A stretch of 64,000 nt of DNA, taken from assembly GCA_963747985.1 (NCBI GenBank), contig CAVVHG010000001.1:329963-393962 (forward strand). The letters are read 5' to 3'. Shown here one piece after another: positions 38,116-47,446 of the stretch (positions within the stretch are counted from its first letter, which is position 1; each line of letters opens with the position of its first letter). The notes under the pieces were generated by a model. It did no database searches. It was not told the DNA's origin and saw nothing but the letters and a program-made list of their open reading frames with translations. A program made the translations under genes and the position numbers. Source of the stretch: an uncultured Acidobacteriota bacterium (GTDB lineage: Bacteria; Acidobacteriota; UBA6911).

Positions 38116-38129
38116 GCTCCGGGAGGAAC

Positions 38130-39191
38130 GTGATGGACAGCAAGACGTGGCTGCAACGCGAGGTGGCGGCCTTGTATGAGATCACCCGTGCCATGAATGC
38201 CAGCAAGAGCCGGAAGGAGGTGCTCGCTGTGATGCTGGAGCGAATCGTAACGGAACTGGGCTACAAGGCGGCAACTCTCAGGCTCCTGGATGAGGAGAAA
38301 GGGACGCTCAACCTTCAGTCTGCGTATGGGCTGAGCGAGGAATACCTTGCCAAAGGGGCTGTCAGTGTGAGCAAGAGCGGGATAGATCAGACTGTGCTGA
38401 CCGGCGAGCCTGTCGCGCTGGCCGACGTGAGGAATGACAGCGCCTTCCAATACGCAGAGGCGGCGAAGCGCGAAGGCCTCTGCAGCGTGCTCGCGGTACC
38501 CATGACCCTGCATGACCGCGCGATCGGGGTGCTGCGGGTTTACACGGACCGCCCGCACGAGTTCACACCGGAGGAGGAGGATTTCATCGCAGCCATTGCC
38601 AACCTGGGGGCACAGGCCGTCTGCCGTACTCACTTCTTCCATGCCTTTCGGCTCATTGCCCGCAACCTCAATTCGACTCTCGATCTGAAGAGCGTCCTGC
38701 GGACACTTCTGCTCGAGACGGTCAGGGAACTCAACGTGAAGGCCGGATCCGTCCGTCTGTTGGACATCAACCGGGAGACCCTCCATCTCGCCACCGCCTT
38801 CGGGCTCAGCGAGACATATTTGCAGAAGGGCGAAGTCCGGGTCGGGCAAAGTCCTATCGATCAGCAGGTACTCCGCGATGGCCGGCCGGTTGCCATAACC
38901 GACCTGATGAACGAGGCTGCTTTCCAGTACCCCGAGGAAGCGCGACGCGAAGGGATACGATCCGTTCTTGCTCTCCCGCTGCGACTGAAAGAGACCGTCG
39001 TCGGGGTGATGCGGCTTTACTCGGCGCAGGTGCGCAAGCTCAGCGAGGAAGAGATCGGCTTCGCAGTCGCGATCGCCGACCTCGGGGCAGTGGCGGTAGA
39101 GAACGCAAGGTTGCACCAGGCACTCAAACGCAGGCTCGAGGAACTCAAGCAGGACGCCGACGGCTGGTATCGTTTCCTCGCGCTGGGCTAG
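38130..39191 (+). CDS. Tandem GAF-GAF domain protein without output domain (sensor/regulatory)
   Basis: 353 aa; two ~160-aa GAF-like units with parallel motifs (LRLLDEEKGTLNLQSAYGLSEEYL... and VRLLDINRETLHLATAFGLSETYL...). Confidence 0.7.
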   Translation: MMDSKTWLQREVAALYEITRAMNASKSRKEVLAVMLERIVTELGYKAATLRLLDEEKGTLNLQSAYGLSEEYLAKGAVSVSKSGIDQTVLTGEPVALADVRNDSAFQYAEAAKREGLCSVLAVPMTLHDRAIGVLRVYTDRPHEFTPEEEDFIAAIANLGAQAVCRTHFFHAFRLIARNLNSTLDLKSVLRTLLLETVRELNVKAGSVRLLDINRETLHLATAFGLSETYLQKGEVRVGQSPIDQQVLRDGRPVAITDLMNEAAFQYPEEARREGIRSVLALPLRLKETVVGVMRLYSAQVRKLSEEEIGFAVAIADLGAVAVENARLHQALKRRLEELKQDADGWYRFLALG

Positions 39192-39196
39192 TTTTG

Positions 39197-39298
39197 AGTT
39201 TTGGGAACAGGCTGCTCAACGTCGAAGTTACTGGTTGAGCCTGCCGTTGCGCCAGGGGCTCGGAATTTCGAGGTTGAGCAGCCTGTCGCCAAAACTTA
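39197..39298. other. Long imperfect hairpin (23-bp arms gttttgggaacaggctgctcaac / gttgagcagcctgtcgccaaaac flanking ~56 nt) between the GAF gene and the next gene; terminator-like or regulatory
   Basis: Arms at 39197-39219 and 39276-39298 complementary at 21/23 positions; ggttgagc recurs inside the loop. Confidence 0.45.
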
Positions 39299-39311
39299 AG
39301 GGAGGTGTCAG

Positions 39312-39782
39312 ATGTCATTTCTGGATCGTGTGACGAAAGCAGTAGGCGACGCGGTGGATCGAGGGAAGAAAGAAGTAGACCAGTTTGTGCATATTCAGAA
39401 AATCAACAGTCAGATCTCCGACATCGAAGGGACAATCGGCGAGTGCAAGGCCAAAATCCAGGAGCACACGCAGAAGATTGGCCAGATGGCCGTTGAGATG
39501 CTGCGCGCAGGCAAAATAACGTCGCCGGAAATGCAGGGCCTGCTGGACCAGATAATCCAGATCGAGCAGGGGATCGCGAAGGCCGAAGGCGAAATTGCCG
39601 GGAAGAAGGCCGAGATCGAGAAGATCAAGGCCGAGAGCGAAGCGGAGAAGGGCCCCGAGGCCTCCGGTGCTGAGTCTCAGCCGGTGACTCCGCCGCCGAA
39701 ACCGCGCTTCTGTCCGCAGTGCGGAGCGGCGGTCGGGGCGAGCGGCGCGTTCTGCAGCGAATGCGGGGCGAAACTGGCATAG
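39312..39782 (+). CDS. Coiled-coil protein with C-terminal zinc-ribbon (CPQCG...CSECG)
   Basis: 156 aa; long heptad-like EK-rich helix, then CxxC-N12-CxxC; ATG 39312 after aagggaggtgtcag RBS; locally lower GC. Confidence 0.6.
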   Translation: MSFLDRVTKAVGDAVDRGKKEVDQFVHIQKINSQISDIEGTIGECKAKIQEHTQKIGQMAVEMLRAGKITSPEMQGLLDQIIQIEQGIAKAEGEIAGKKAEIEKIKAESEAEKGPEASGAESQPVTPPPKPRFCPQCGAAVGASGAFCSECGAKLA

Positions 39783-39841
39783 TCGGAGCCGGTCACCGAT
39801 CACACGGTCTGAACTGCAGGCCCGTCTATGTGCTTGGGCGC

Positions 39842-41725
39842 CTACCTGGTCATTTTCCAGTACACGGTGTAGCGGCGGCCGAAGAGCCTGTAAAAGGGCA
39901 CAAGAGTGACGTCGTTTGGTCTGCCCGCCCCTGCTGTACGGAAGGTCAGGGGTTTACCCTGGACCGGCTTGATCCAGGAATCCAGATGCGAGCGATCCCC
40001 TGTGAGTTGAGGCGCCGATACAGGGTCCCCTGACGGCCCCATCGGCCCGTAGACGGTGGCAGCGGAAAGTCCCTCGGAGCCCAGTTCTCCGGCAAGAACA
40101 AGCGGCCCGTACATGATGGCCACGGTGTCGGGATCATCGGGCAATCGGTCCAGACGCAGCTTCATGGGCAGGTCAACCGTCAGTGTGTCTCCGTCGTTCC
40201 AGGTTCGCGTCACGGACAAATAGCTTGAAGGGCTCGAGAAAGCGTCCAGCTTCTTGCCGTTCACCGTTGCCTGTGCGCCGGGCCCGATCCAGGCCGGGAT
40301 GCGGACTCGCAGCGTGAGGTCTGCGGGCTTCGTCGACCTGACGACCAGTGTGGTCTTTGCCTCTTCAGGGAATCGGGTCTCCTGCCGGATGCGAATTCCC
40401 CTCTCGCCCCACTCCAGTTCCGAAGCGATGAACAGGTTCACGAAGAGCCCGCCGTCGTCATGGAAATAGATACTGTCACCGTACTTCGCGTGATTCTCCA
40501 TGCCCGTGCCGGTGCAGCACCAGAACGAATCTTCCGGCGTCATGAAGGTCTTGTAGAAGCCGGATGCCATGGGTACGTAATACATCATCATGCCGTTGCC
40601 CGGATCCTGGGTTGCCAGGATGCCGTTGAAAAGAGCCCGCTCATAGTAATCGGCATATGCAGGATCAGGCTGCCACGTGAAGAGATGACGCGTGAGCTTG
40701 AGCATGTTGTAGGTGCAGCAGGTTTCGTGGCTCTCTTTGCCGAGCTCCGAAGCCAGTTGATAGGGCTCCGTGCGCCAATGCTCGTCGTTGCTCGTGCCGC
40801 CGGTGGTGTAGCAGCGTGCCCCGGTAACCTCCTTCCAGAAGTAGGTCGCCACGTCGTAGAAGTACGGCTCACCCGTCAACTCGTAGCCGCGGGCCGCTCC
40901 AATGACTTTCGGAATCTGGGTATTGACGTGCAGTCCCTTCAGCCTGTCCTCGTGGTGAGCCAGGGGATCGAGCACCGCCTTGTGGTCGAAGCGGCGGGCC
41001 AGAGCGAGCAGATCCGCCTCACCGGTGATGGCGTACAGGTTGCGGAGCGCATCATTCATCCCGCCGAACTCCACATCGAGCATCTTCTGCATCTGACCCT
41101 CATCGAGTCGCGCCGTCCGCTGCCTGGCCCAGTGAGCCATGCCCACAGCGACCTTGAGCGCCTGGTCGCTGTCGCAGAAGAGGTACATGTCTATCAGGCC
41201 GGCATAGATCTTGTGCAGCGTGTACCAGGGAGCCCAGACCTTTGCCCCCGTCTCCACCCGGTCGAAAAACTCTTCGGGAAAGGCGCTGAGATACCCGCCG
41301 CGTCCCAGCGCGGCCTGACATTTGGCCAGTTCTGCGACGACCCTGTTTGCCTGAGCTTTGAGGGCCTGGTCGCCCGTGCTCGCGTGCATCAGCGCACAAG
41401 CCGACAGGTAATGGCCCATGGAGTGCCCGCGCAATTCCACGTCGGGCTTCTCCCACCCTCCATATGGCTGCGCCGGGGAAGGGAGCCCCGCGGTCACCCG
41501 GAACATGTGGAGGAGGCGTCCCGTGTCGATGCTGTGGAGGTACTTCCGATCCCGCTCCATCGCTTCCCTGAACGGCCCGTCGAGCAGCCGGACCTGTCTC
41601 AAAGCGAAGGGCCGGGCACGGATGGTGATCGCAGGCTGGACCTTTTCCGCAGGCTGCATTGAAGCAGCGGGAAGAATCACGAGTCCAAACACCAGGATTG
41701 CCTTTATGTCACAATGTCCAGTCAT
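39842..41725 (-). CDS. Glycoside hydrolase family 127 (DUF1680, beta-L-arabinofuranosidase-like), secreted; paralog of 27397..29289
   Basis: 627 aa; HSMGHYLSA, CCTYNMLKL, WCCTGTGMENHAKY GH127 hallmark blocks; signal peptide. Confidence 0.75.
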   Translation of the reverse strand: MTGHCDIKAILVFGLVILPAASMQPAEKVQPAITIRARPFALRQVRLLDGPFREAMERDRKYLHSIDTGRLLHMFRVTAGLPSPAQPYGGWEKPDVELRGHSMGHYLSACALMHASTGDQALKAQANRVVAELAKCQAALGRGGYLSAFPEEFFDRVETGAKVWAPWYTLHKIYAGLIDMYLFCDSDQALKVAVGMAHWARQRTARLDEGQMQKMLDVEFGGMNDALRNLYAITGEADLLALARRFDHKAVLDPLAHHEDRLKGLHVNTQIPKVIGAARGYELTGEPYFYDVATYFWKEVTGARCYTTGGTSNDEHWRTEPYQLASELGKESHETCCTYNMLKLTRHLFTWQPDPAYADYYERALFNGILATQDPGNGMMMYYVPMASGFYKTFMTPEDSFWCCTGTGMENHAKYGDSIYFHDDGGLFVNLFIASELEWGERGIRIRQETRFPEEAKTTLVVRSTKPADLTLRVRIPAWIGPGAQATVNGKKLDAFSSPSSYLSVTRTWNDGDTLTVDLPMKLRLDRLPDDPDTVAIMYGPLVLAGELGSEGLSAATVYGPMGPSGDPVSAPQLTGDRSHLDSWIKPVQGKPLTFRTAGAGRPNDVTLVPFYRLFGRRYTVYWKMTR

Positions 41726-41924
41726 GCAGTCCTCCTTCGAGATTCGACAACTGGCGCGATCAGGGCATCACAGAATCTAAAACTTCTACATCGGACAAGT
41801 CTATAGAAGGATCAGTATCAATGTATGACATCCGCCTCCAAGGGTGATATTTTAGCCAAACCGATCAGATGAAAGTGACGCCACGCATCAACCAGGGCGG
41901 CAATCGTTCGTCGGAGAAGCGGGT

Positions 41925-44132
41925 ATGCGGTTGAGCCGCCGGGAGTTCATCGAGAATACAGGATGGCTGGCAGCCAGCCTCGGGTCTTGGCCGTTTGCGC
42001 CGCCTGCCCGTCCCCAATCCTATGCGCAGGAATACCCCGACATGCTGCTTGCCTCCCTCGCGCAGCAACTGAATGCGCTCGCCGCCAGGTGGGACGCAGA
42101 GCGCGCCGCCATCCGAACGCACGCCGACATCGAGGCCCGCAACCGGTTTGTGCGGGCGAAGATCCTCGAGATGATCCACGGCCTCCCGCCGCGCACCCCG
42201 CTCAAGCCGAAGGTTGTGCGCGCCAGGGAACTGAACGGCTACCGCGTCGAAAACGTGCTATTCGAAAGCCGGCCTGATTTTCCGGTCACAGGCAACCTGT
42301 ATGTTCCTGCGGGCAGCGGCCCCTTCCCCGGGATCATCTCGCCCTGCGGGCACTACCAACTCGCGCGCATGCAGCCCGACTACCAGGCCGTGTACGTGAA
42401 CCTGGTCAGGAACGGCTTTGTCGTGCTCGCCTACGACCCGATCGGGCAAGGCGAGCGCCGGCAGTATTTTAGCCCGGGCGGCGCGCCAGCCGAGATTTCC
42501 GATCCCGTCTATGAGCATTCGATGCCGGGCCAGGTTCTGCTCCTGATGGGGCAGGACCTGACCCACTACCGCATCTGGGACGGCATGCGTGCGATCGATT
42601 ACCTGCTTACGAGGCCGGAGGTCGATGGGAGCAGGATCGGGTGCGCCGGCCACTCCGGCGGCGGCACGATGACGATGTTCATTAGTGCGCTGGACGACCG
42701 CGTCCGGTGCGCCGTGATCAACGAGGGCGGGACCGGCCACCGTTGGCCGGTCGCGATCCGGCCGGGGGATCGGGTCGGACCGTCCGACGTCGAGCAAAAC
42801 CTGTTCCCCGCCGCGGTGTACGGCATTGATATCTGCGACCTGCACGTCGCGATCGCGCCGCGGCCGCTACTGGCGATGATCGAGGAGTACTCCCCGCATT
42901 TTGACGCCGCGGCCGGACACATCAGGCAGCGCTATGAGCAACTGGGCGCACCGGACCGTTTCTCGACCGTGGAGGCCAACGACCCGCACGCCTACACCGT
43001 CAAGTTGCGGCTGGCCACCACAGACTGGTTCAGCCGGTGGTTCTATGGACGTCCGGGGCCCGCGATCGAACCTGAATCTGAACTGCAGGCGCCGGCCGCG
43101 CTCTATGCAACCCCGCGCGGTTCCATCCTGGAGGCCCGGCAGGGTCAGACGATCTTCTCACTGATCGAGAAGCAGGCGGCCGCGCTCCCCCCGGCGCGCC
43201 AGGTGCCGGGCAGCTCCACCGAGCTGGCATCGTTCCGCTCTCAGGTCACTAACCAGGTCAGGGCTTTCCTGAGGATTGGAGAGCAAGAGCCGGGACAGTC
43301 CCTCGCGGTGCGGCAGCTCGGGATTACATCACGCAAAGGGTACAGTATCGAGAAGATTGAATTCCTTTCCGAACCTGGGATCTATATCCCCGCCTGGGTG
43401 TTTCTGCCGGGGCGGCGAGCCTCGGATCGAGTCATCCTGTTCGCTTCCGAAACGGGCAAGGAAGAGGACGGGATGGAGTTCGGCAGCCTGGAGGGCCTTG
43501 CGCGCGCCGGCCGCGTGGTGCTGGCGGTCGACGTCCGCGGTGTCGGCGGGACCGCGCCGCCACATTGCCAGGACCTGGACGGGGGCAGGTTCTCCCACCT
43601 CTTCAGCGTCGAGACTGCGTCGGCCTATATGGCCTGGTACATGGACCGGTGCCTCCTGGGGATGAGGGTGTTCGACGTCATGCGGAGCACCGACTATGCT
43701 TTGAGCAGGATGGACGTGGACCGGTCGGGCATCGATGTAATCGGCAAAGGCGCGGGCGCCCTCTGGGTTCTCTACGCGGCTGCGCTCGACGGACGAATGC
43801 GTGCCGTTGTGGCCGAGCGCGGGTTGATCTCCTACGCGAGCCTCACCCGGGTGGACCGCTACCTGCACAGTGCCGGCGTTTTCGTTCGTGACGTTCTCAC
43901 TTCGTTCGACCTGCCCCATGTGGCGGCGGCGTCGGCAGATCGGCCCCTGGCGCTGCTTTCCCCGGTCGGCCCGATGAAGGAAGTGAGCGTCCCGCAGGCG
44001 CGGCGTGAGTACGAGTTCACGCGGCAGGTATACGATCGCGCGGGAGTTGCAGATCGATTCGTGGTTGCCGGCACGGAGGGTGAGTCTGCCACGGCGGACG
44101 AGTATATCCGCATGCTTGGGGGAAGAAGATGA
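41925..44132 (+). CDS. TAT-exported alpha/beta-hydrolase, acetyl-xylan-esterase-like (AXE1-like), with a degenerate second hydrolase-like domain
   Basis: MRLSRREFIENTGWLAASLGS TAT motif; nucleophile elbow CAGHSGGG in domain 1; domain 2 has GKGAGAL (Ser lost). Confidence 0.6.
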   Translation: MRLSRREFIENTGWLAASLGSWPFAPPARPQSYAQEYPDMLLASLAQQLNALAARWDAERAAIRTHADIEARNRFVRAKILEMIHGLPPRTPLKPKVVRARELNGYRVENVLFESRPDFPVTGNLYVPAGSGPFPGIISPCGHYQLARMQPDYQAVYVNLVRNGFVVLAYDPIGQGERRQYFSPGGAPAEISDPVYEHSMPGQVLLLMGQDLTHYRIWDGMRAIDYLLTRPEVDGSRIGCAGHSGGGTMTMFISALDDRVRCAVINEGGTGHRWPVAIRPGDRVGPSDVEQNLFPAAVYGIDICDLHVAIAPRPLLAMIEEYSPHFDAAAGHIRQRYEQLGAPDRFSTVEANDPHAYTVKLRLATTDWFSRWFYGRPGPAIEPESELQAPAALYATPRGSILEARQGQTIFSLIEKQAAALPPARQVPGSSTELASFRSQVTNQVRAFLRIGEQEPGQSLAVRQLGITSRKGYSIEKIEFLSEPGIYIPAWVFLPGRRASDRVILFASETGKEEDGMEFGSLEGLARAGRVVLAVDVRGVGGTAPPHCQDLDGGRFSHLFSVETASAYMAWYMDRCLLGMRVFDVMRSTDYALSRMDVDRSGIDVIGKGAGALWVLYAAALDGRMRAVVAERGLISYASLTRVDRYLHSAGVFVRDVLTSFDLPHVAAASADRPLALLSPVGPMKEVSVPQARREYEFTRQVYDRAGVADRFVVAGTEGESATADEYIRMLGGRR

Positions 44133-46177
44133 AGATACATACGCTGATCCTGTTGGCTGCCGTAGCGGCCGGCGCGAGTGCGCAGGATGTCCCGCGGGCG
44201 AAGTGGATCGAAGACGGTCTCATCGATGCCGGCGGTACGCACGAACCGACGATATTCGTCATCCGGCGCGGCGGCGAACGGCTCGATGCACGCGAGCAGA
44301 ACGATCTCGCCGAGAGCGAAGATACGCTGCGCCGGCTGAAGGAGCAGGGCATCGAGGTCTTCCACACACATTTGTACAAGGGCTTCGGCATGGCGGCCGA
44401 GATGCCCGGGATGGAACAGACCAAACGCACGGCGGAGTTCGCCCACCGGCTCGGCCTCAAGGTCGACACCTACATCCAGTGGAACAGCATGATGTACGAG
44501 ACCTTCTTCGCCGAGGAACCGCGCGCCCGCGACTGGATCCAGCGGGATGCGAACGGCCTGCCCATTCTGCTCACCTACGGGTATCAGCAGTCCTACCGCT
44601 ACCGCCCGTGTTTCGCAAACCAGGAGTATCTCGACTATCTCAAAAAGATCGTGCGGTACGCGGTCGAAGAGGTCAAAACCGACTTCATTCACTTCGACAA
44701 TTTCGACCTCAACCCTGAGCCGGATTCATGCCACGACCAGGTGTGCACACGCGGATTCCGGGCCTATCTGAAACAGAAGTACACGCCGGCTCAGCGCAAG
44801 GAACGATTCGGGTTCGAGAACGTCGACTACGTCAACCCGCCTCAGTGGAATGAGCCGAACCCGCCTTCGCGGATGCAGATTATCTTCGATCCCGCCATAC
44901 AGGAATGGATCGATTACCGTTGCCAGATAATGTCCGACGCGCTCCGTCAGATGGCGTCATTCGCCAAGTCGCTGAATCCCGAAGTGGTGATCGAGATCAA
45001 CCCCCACGGCATCACCGGCGGCAATCGGGCATGGGAAGCGGCGATTGATCATTCGCGCCTGCTCAAATGGACCCAGGCCTTCTGGACGGAGGAATCGATC
45101 GATCCCGGGTTCACCGCGGATGGCCGCCTGCTCTCGCACATACGCAGCTACAAGCTGGCGCGAACATACGGGAACGTGCTGATGACCTACATCTCGGAAA
45201 ACCGGGTCGCGATGGCGGAGGGGCTGGCGTTCAATCAGACCATCGGCTTTGCGGGCAGCGATCCGCTGCGGCCCGACATGCTGCGCTACGTTGAGTTCTA
45301 CAGGAATAACCGGGAGCTCTTCGCCGGTACGCAGGACGTGGCGAACGTCGCTGTGCTGCGCTCCTATCCGTCGATAACTTACAACCAGCGGAGCGTGCAG
45401 CTCGCCACCATCCTGGTCGAGCAGGCCCTGATCCAGGGACGGGTTCCTTTCGACCTGATCTTCGATGAACACCTCGAGAATCTCTCCAAGTACAGGGTGC
45501 TGGTGCTGCCCGAGACGGAATGCCTCAGTGAAAGGCAGCTCGCATCGATCCGGAAATTCGTCGCGAGCGGCGGCGGGCTGGTTGCCACGGGGCAGGCGGG
45601 CCGCTACGACCAGTGGCGCAGGCTGCGCGTCATCCCGGGCCTGAAGGGATTGATCGACGAGCAGCCCCCGGCGCGAGATTACGAGGAAGAGGTGGCGACG
45701 GTCGAGGTCGGTGGCGCGCCGGTGCGCAAGGATTACGAGAAGGGCCGAGTCGTGTATATCCCGGCGGTGCGCTTCGACGGCCAGCTCCCGGAGTTCGGAA
45801 AGTACTTCCAGGTTGATCCGCGCTTTTGGAGGTTGCCGAAGAATGCGCAGGACATCACCGACAGCGTGCGCTGGGCGGCCCGGGATGCTATCCCGGTCGA
45901 CGTAAGCGGACCGGGCTATCTGGTCGCAAATACAGTCGAGCAGGCACAAAAACGACGAATGATGGTGCACCTCGTAAACTACAATACGGGGACAATGCCC
46001 GCGTTGGATCCTGTTGAAGTCACATGCAGTGTTCCGGCAGGGCAGAGTGTCAGGGGAATCCGCGTGGTCTCGCCGGATGCAGCCGGGCTCCGGGCGATTG
46101 ACATGAAGACCGAAGGAGCTCGGGTCAGCTTCCGCGTTCCTTTGAAAACCTATTCTGTCGCGGTGATCGAGTGGTGA
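44129..46177 (+). CDS. Secreted GH42-like beta-galactosidase-family glycoside hydrolase (TIM barrel + trimerisation-like domain)
   Basis: 682 aa; signal peptide; domain-2 pattern KYRVLVLPETECLSERQLASIRKFVASGGGLVATGQAGRYDQW typical of the GH42 A4-beta-gal middle domain. Confidence 0.5.
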   Translation: MKIHTLILLAAVAAGASAQDVPRAKWIEDGLIDAGGTHEPTIFVIRRGGERLDAREQNDLAESEDTLRRLKEQGIEVFHTHLYKGFGMAAEMPGMEQTKRTAEFAHRLGLKVDTYIQWNSMMYETFFAEEPRARDWIQRDANGLPILLTYGYQQSYRYRPCFANQEYLDYLKKIVRYAVEEVKTDFIHFDNFDLNPEPDSCHDQVCTRGFRAYLKQKYTPAQRKERFGFENVDYVNPPQWNEPNPPSRMQIIFDPAIQEWIDYRCQIMSDALRQMASFAKSLNPEVVIEINPHGITGGNRAWEAAIDHSRLLKWTQAFWTEESIDPGFTADGRLLSHIRSYKLARTYGNVLMTYISENRVAMAEGLAFNQTIGFAGSDPLRPDMLRYVEFYRNNRELFAGTQDVANVAVLRSYPSITYNQRSVQLATILVEQALIQGRVPFDLIFDEHLENLSKYRVLVLPETECLSERQLASIRKFVASGGGLVATGQAGRYDQWRRLRVIPGLKGLIDEQPPARDYEEEVATVEVGGAPVRKDYEKGRVVYIPAVRFDGQLPEFGKYFQVDPRFWRLPKNAQDITDSVRWAARDAIPVDVSGPGYLVANTVEQAQKRRMMVHLVNYNTGTMPALDPVEVTCSVPAGQSVRGIRVVSPDAAGLRAIDMKTEGARVSFRVPLKTYSVAVIEW

Positions 46178-47442
46178 ACCGGGTATCGCGTTTGATCATG
46201 ATCCTGATGCTGCCTGCGGTCTCAGGGATGCCGGCGTCGCAGACCGTCCGGGTGGATCACCGGGTGTTTCCCGGGCTGCACGAGATGGACGGTAACTGGG
46301 CGGCGCTCTACGCTGCGAGCGACGGGAAGGTCTACGCCGGACTTGCCTACCACGGCGGCGACGGCCACCTGGTCTACTACGACTCGAAGACTGACAGCGT
46401 GCACGACGTCGGGAACCTGACCGAGTTGTGCGGCGAATCACTGCTGAAGCGTGGCCCGCAGTCGAAGATCCACGCGAAGTTCGGCGAGGGGAAGGACGGC
46501 CGAATCTATTTCGGCACCCATGCCGGTTTCTGGTGGAACTACGCGCGGTTCGCCACAAAAGAAGGGTACCCGGGTGCGCACTGGATGGCGTTCGATCCGA
46601 AGTCAGGTCGTGTCGAGGATTTCGGATTGGGTGTCAGGAACGAGGGAATCAACACTGGGGCGTACGATCCTCTTTTCAACCGTATCTACGGCCTTACTCA
46701 CCCGCGCGGGCACTTCGTGTATTTCGACGTAGCCACGCGGCGGGCCGTAGATAAGGGTCGCGTGAACAATTTCGAGTCGATCTGCCGCACGCTCGGAATC
46801 GACGACGAAGGAAACGTGTACGGCAGTTTCGGCCAGGGAGAGCTGTTCCGCTACAATCCCCGCACGGACGATATCGAGGAGCTCCCGGTGCGGCTCCCGA
46901 TCCGGGCAAAAGGGATTTCCCTCGGGCGGGACTATTTGAAATCCGAGACCGCATGGCGCACCGTTGTGTGGGACCGGCAAACACGGCAGTTTTACGGAGT
47001 CGAGGAGAGTGCCACGACACTTTTCTCGTTCAACCCCCGCACCAGCGAGGTGCGCCGCCTCGGCCAGCTGTCGATCCCTTCGTTCGACGAGAGCCGCGAC
47101 ATTCCTTACGCTACGTTGAGCCTCGCGCTCGGCCGCGACCGGAAGCTCTACTACGGTGCCGCCGGCAAGGAGTTCGACTACGGCGGCAGCGCGGGCGCAG
47201 CGACCTCACACCTGATCACGTGGGACTTGGGCTCCGGTCGCAGGGAGGACCTGGGTGAAATGCTGCTGTCGGATGGCCGCCGGGTGCTCGGCACCAACGC
47301 AGCCGACACCGGCCCGGACGGGACGGTCTATCTTGTCGGCGCCATCGAGGTACGGCCCGAGGCGGGGAAACCGCCGGAGGCCGCCGGCAAGGTCGGCGAC
47401 GTCTATTACCGCCTCGCGCTGCTCATTTATCGAACCAGGTGA
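46171..47442 (+). CDS. Secreted beta-propeller protein (NHL/YVTN-like repeats), function unknown; paralog 1
   Basis: 423 aa; recurring hydrophobic-Gly-x-DG motifs (DGKVYAG, DGRIYFG, NRIYGLT, GNVYGS, RKLYYGA, GTVYLVG) at propeller-blade spacing. Confidence 0.5.
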   Translation: MVNRVSRLIMILMLPAVSGMPASQTVRVDHRVFPGLHEMDGNWAALYAASDGKVYAGLAYHGGDGHLVYYDSKTDSVHDVGNLTELCGESLLKRGPQSKIHAKFGEGKDGRIYFGTHAGFWWNYARFATKEGYPGAHWMAFDPKSGRVEDFGLGVRNEGINTGAYDPLFNRIYGLTHPRGHFVYFDVATRRAVDKGRVNNFESICRTLGIDDEGNVYGSFGQGELFRYNPRTDDIEELPVRLPIRAKGISLGRDYLKSETAWRTVVWDRQTRQFYGVEESATTLFSFNPRTSEVRRLGQLSIPSFDESRDIPYATLSLALGRDRKLYYGAAGKEFDYGGSAGAATSHLITWDLGSGRREDLGEMLLSDGRRVLGTNAADTGPDGTVYLVGAIEVRPEAGKPPEAAGKVGDVYYRLALLIYRTR

Positions 47443-47446
47443 ATCA

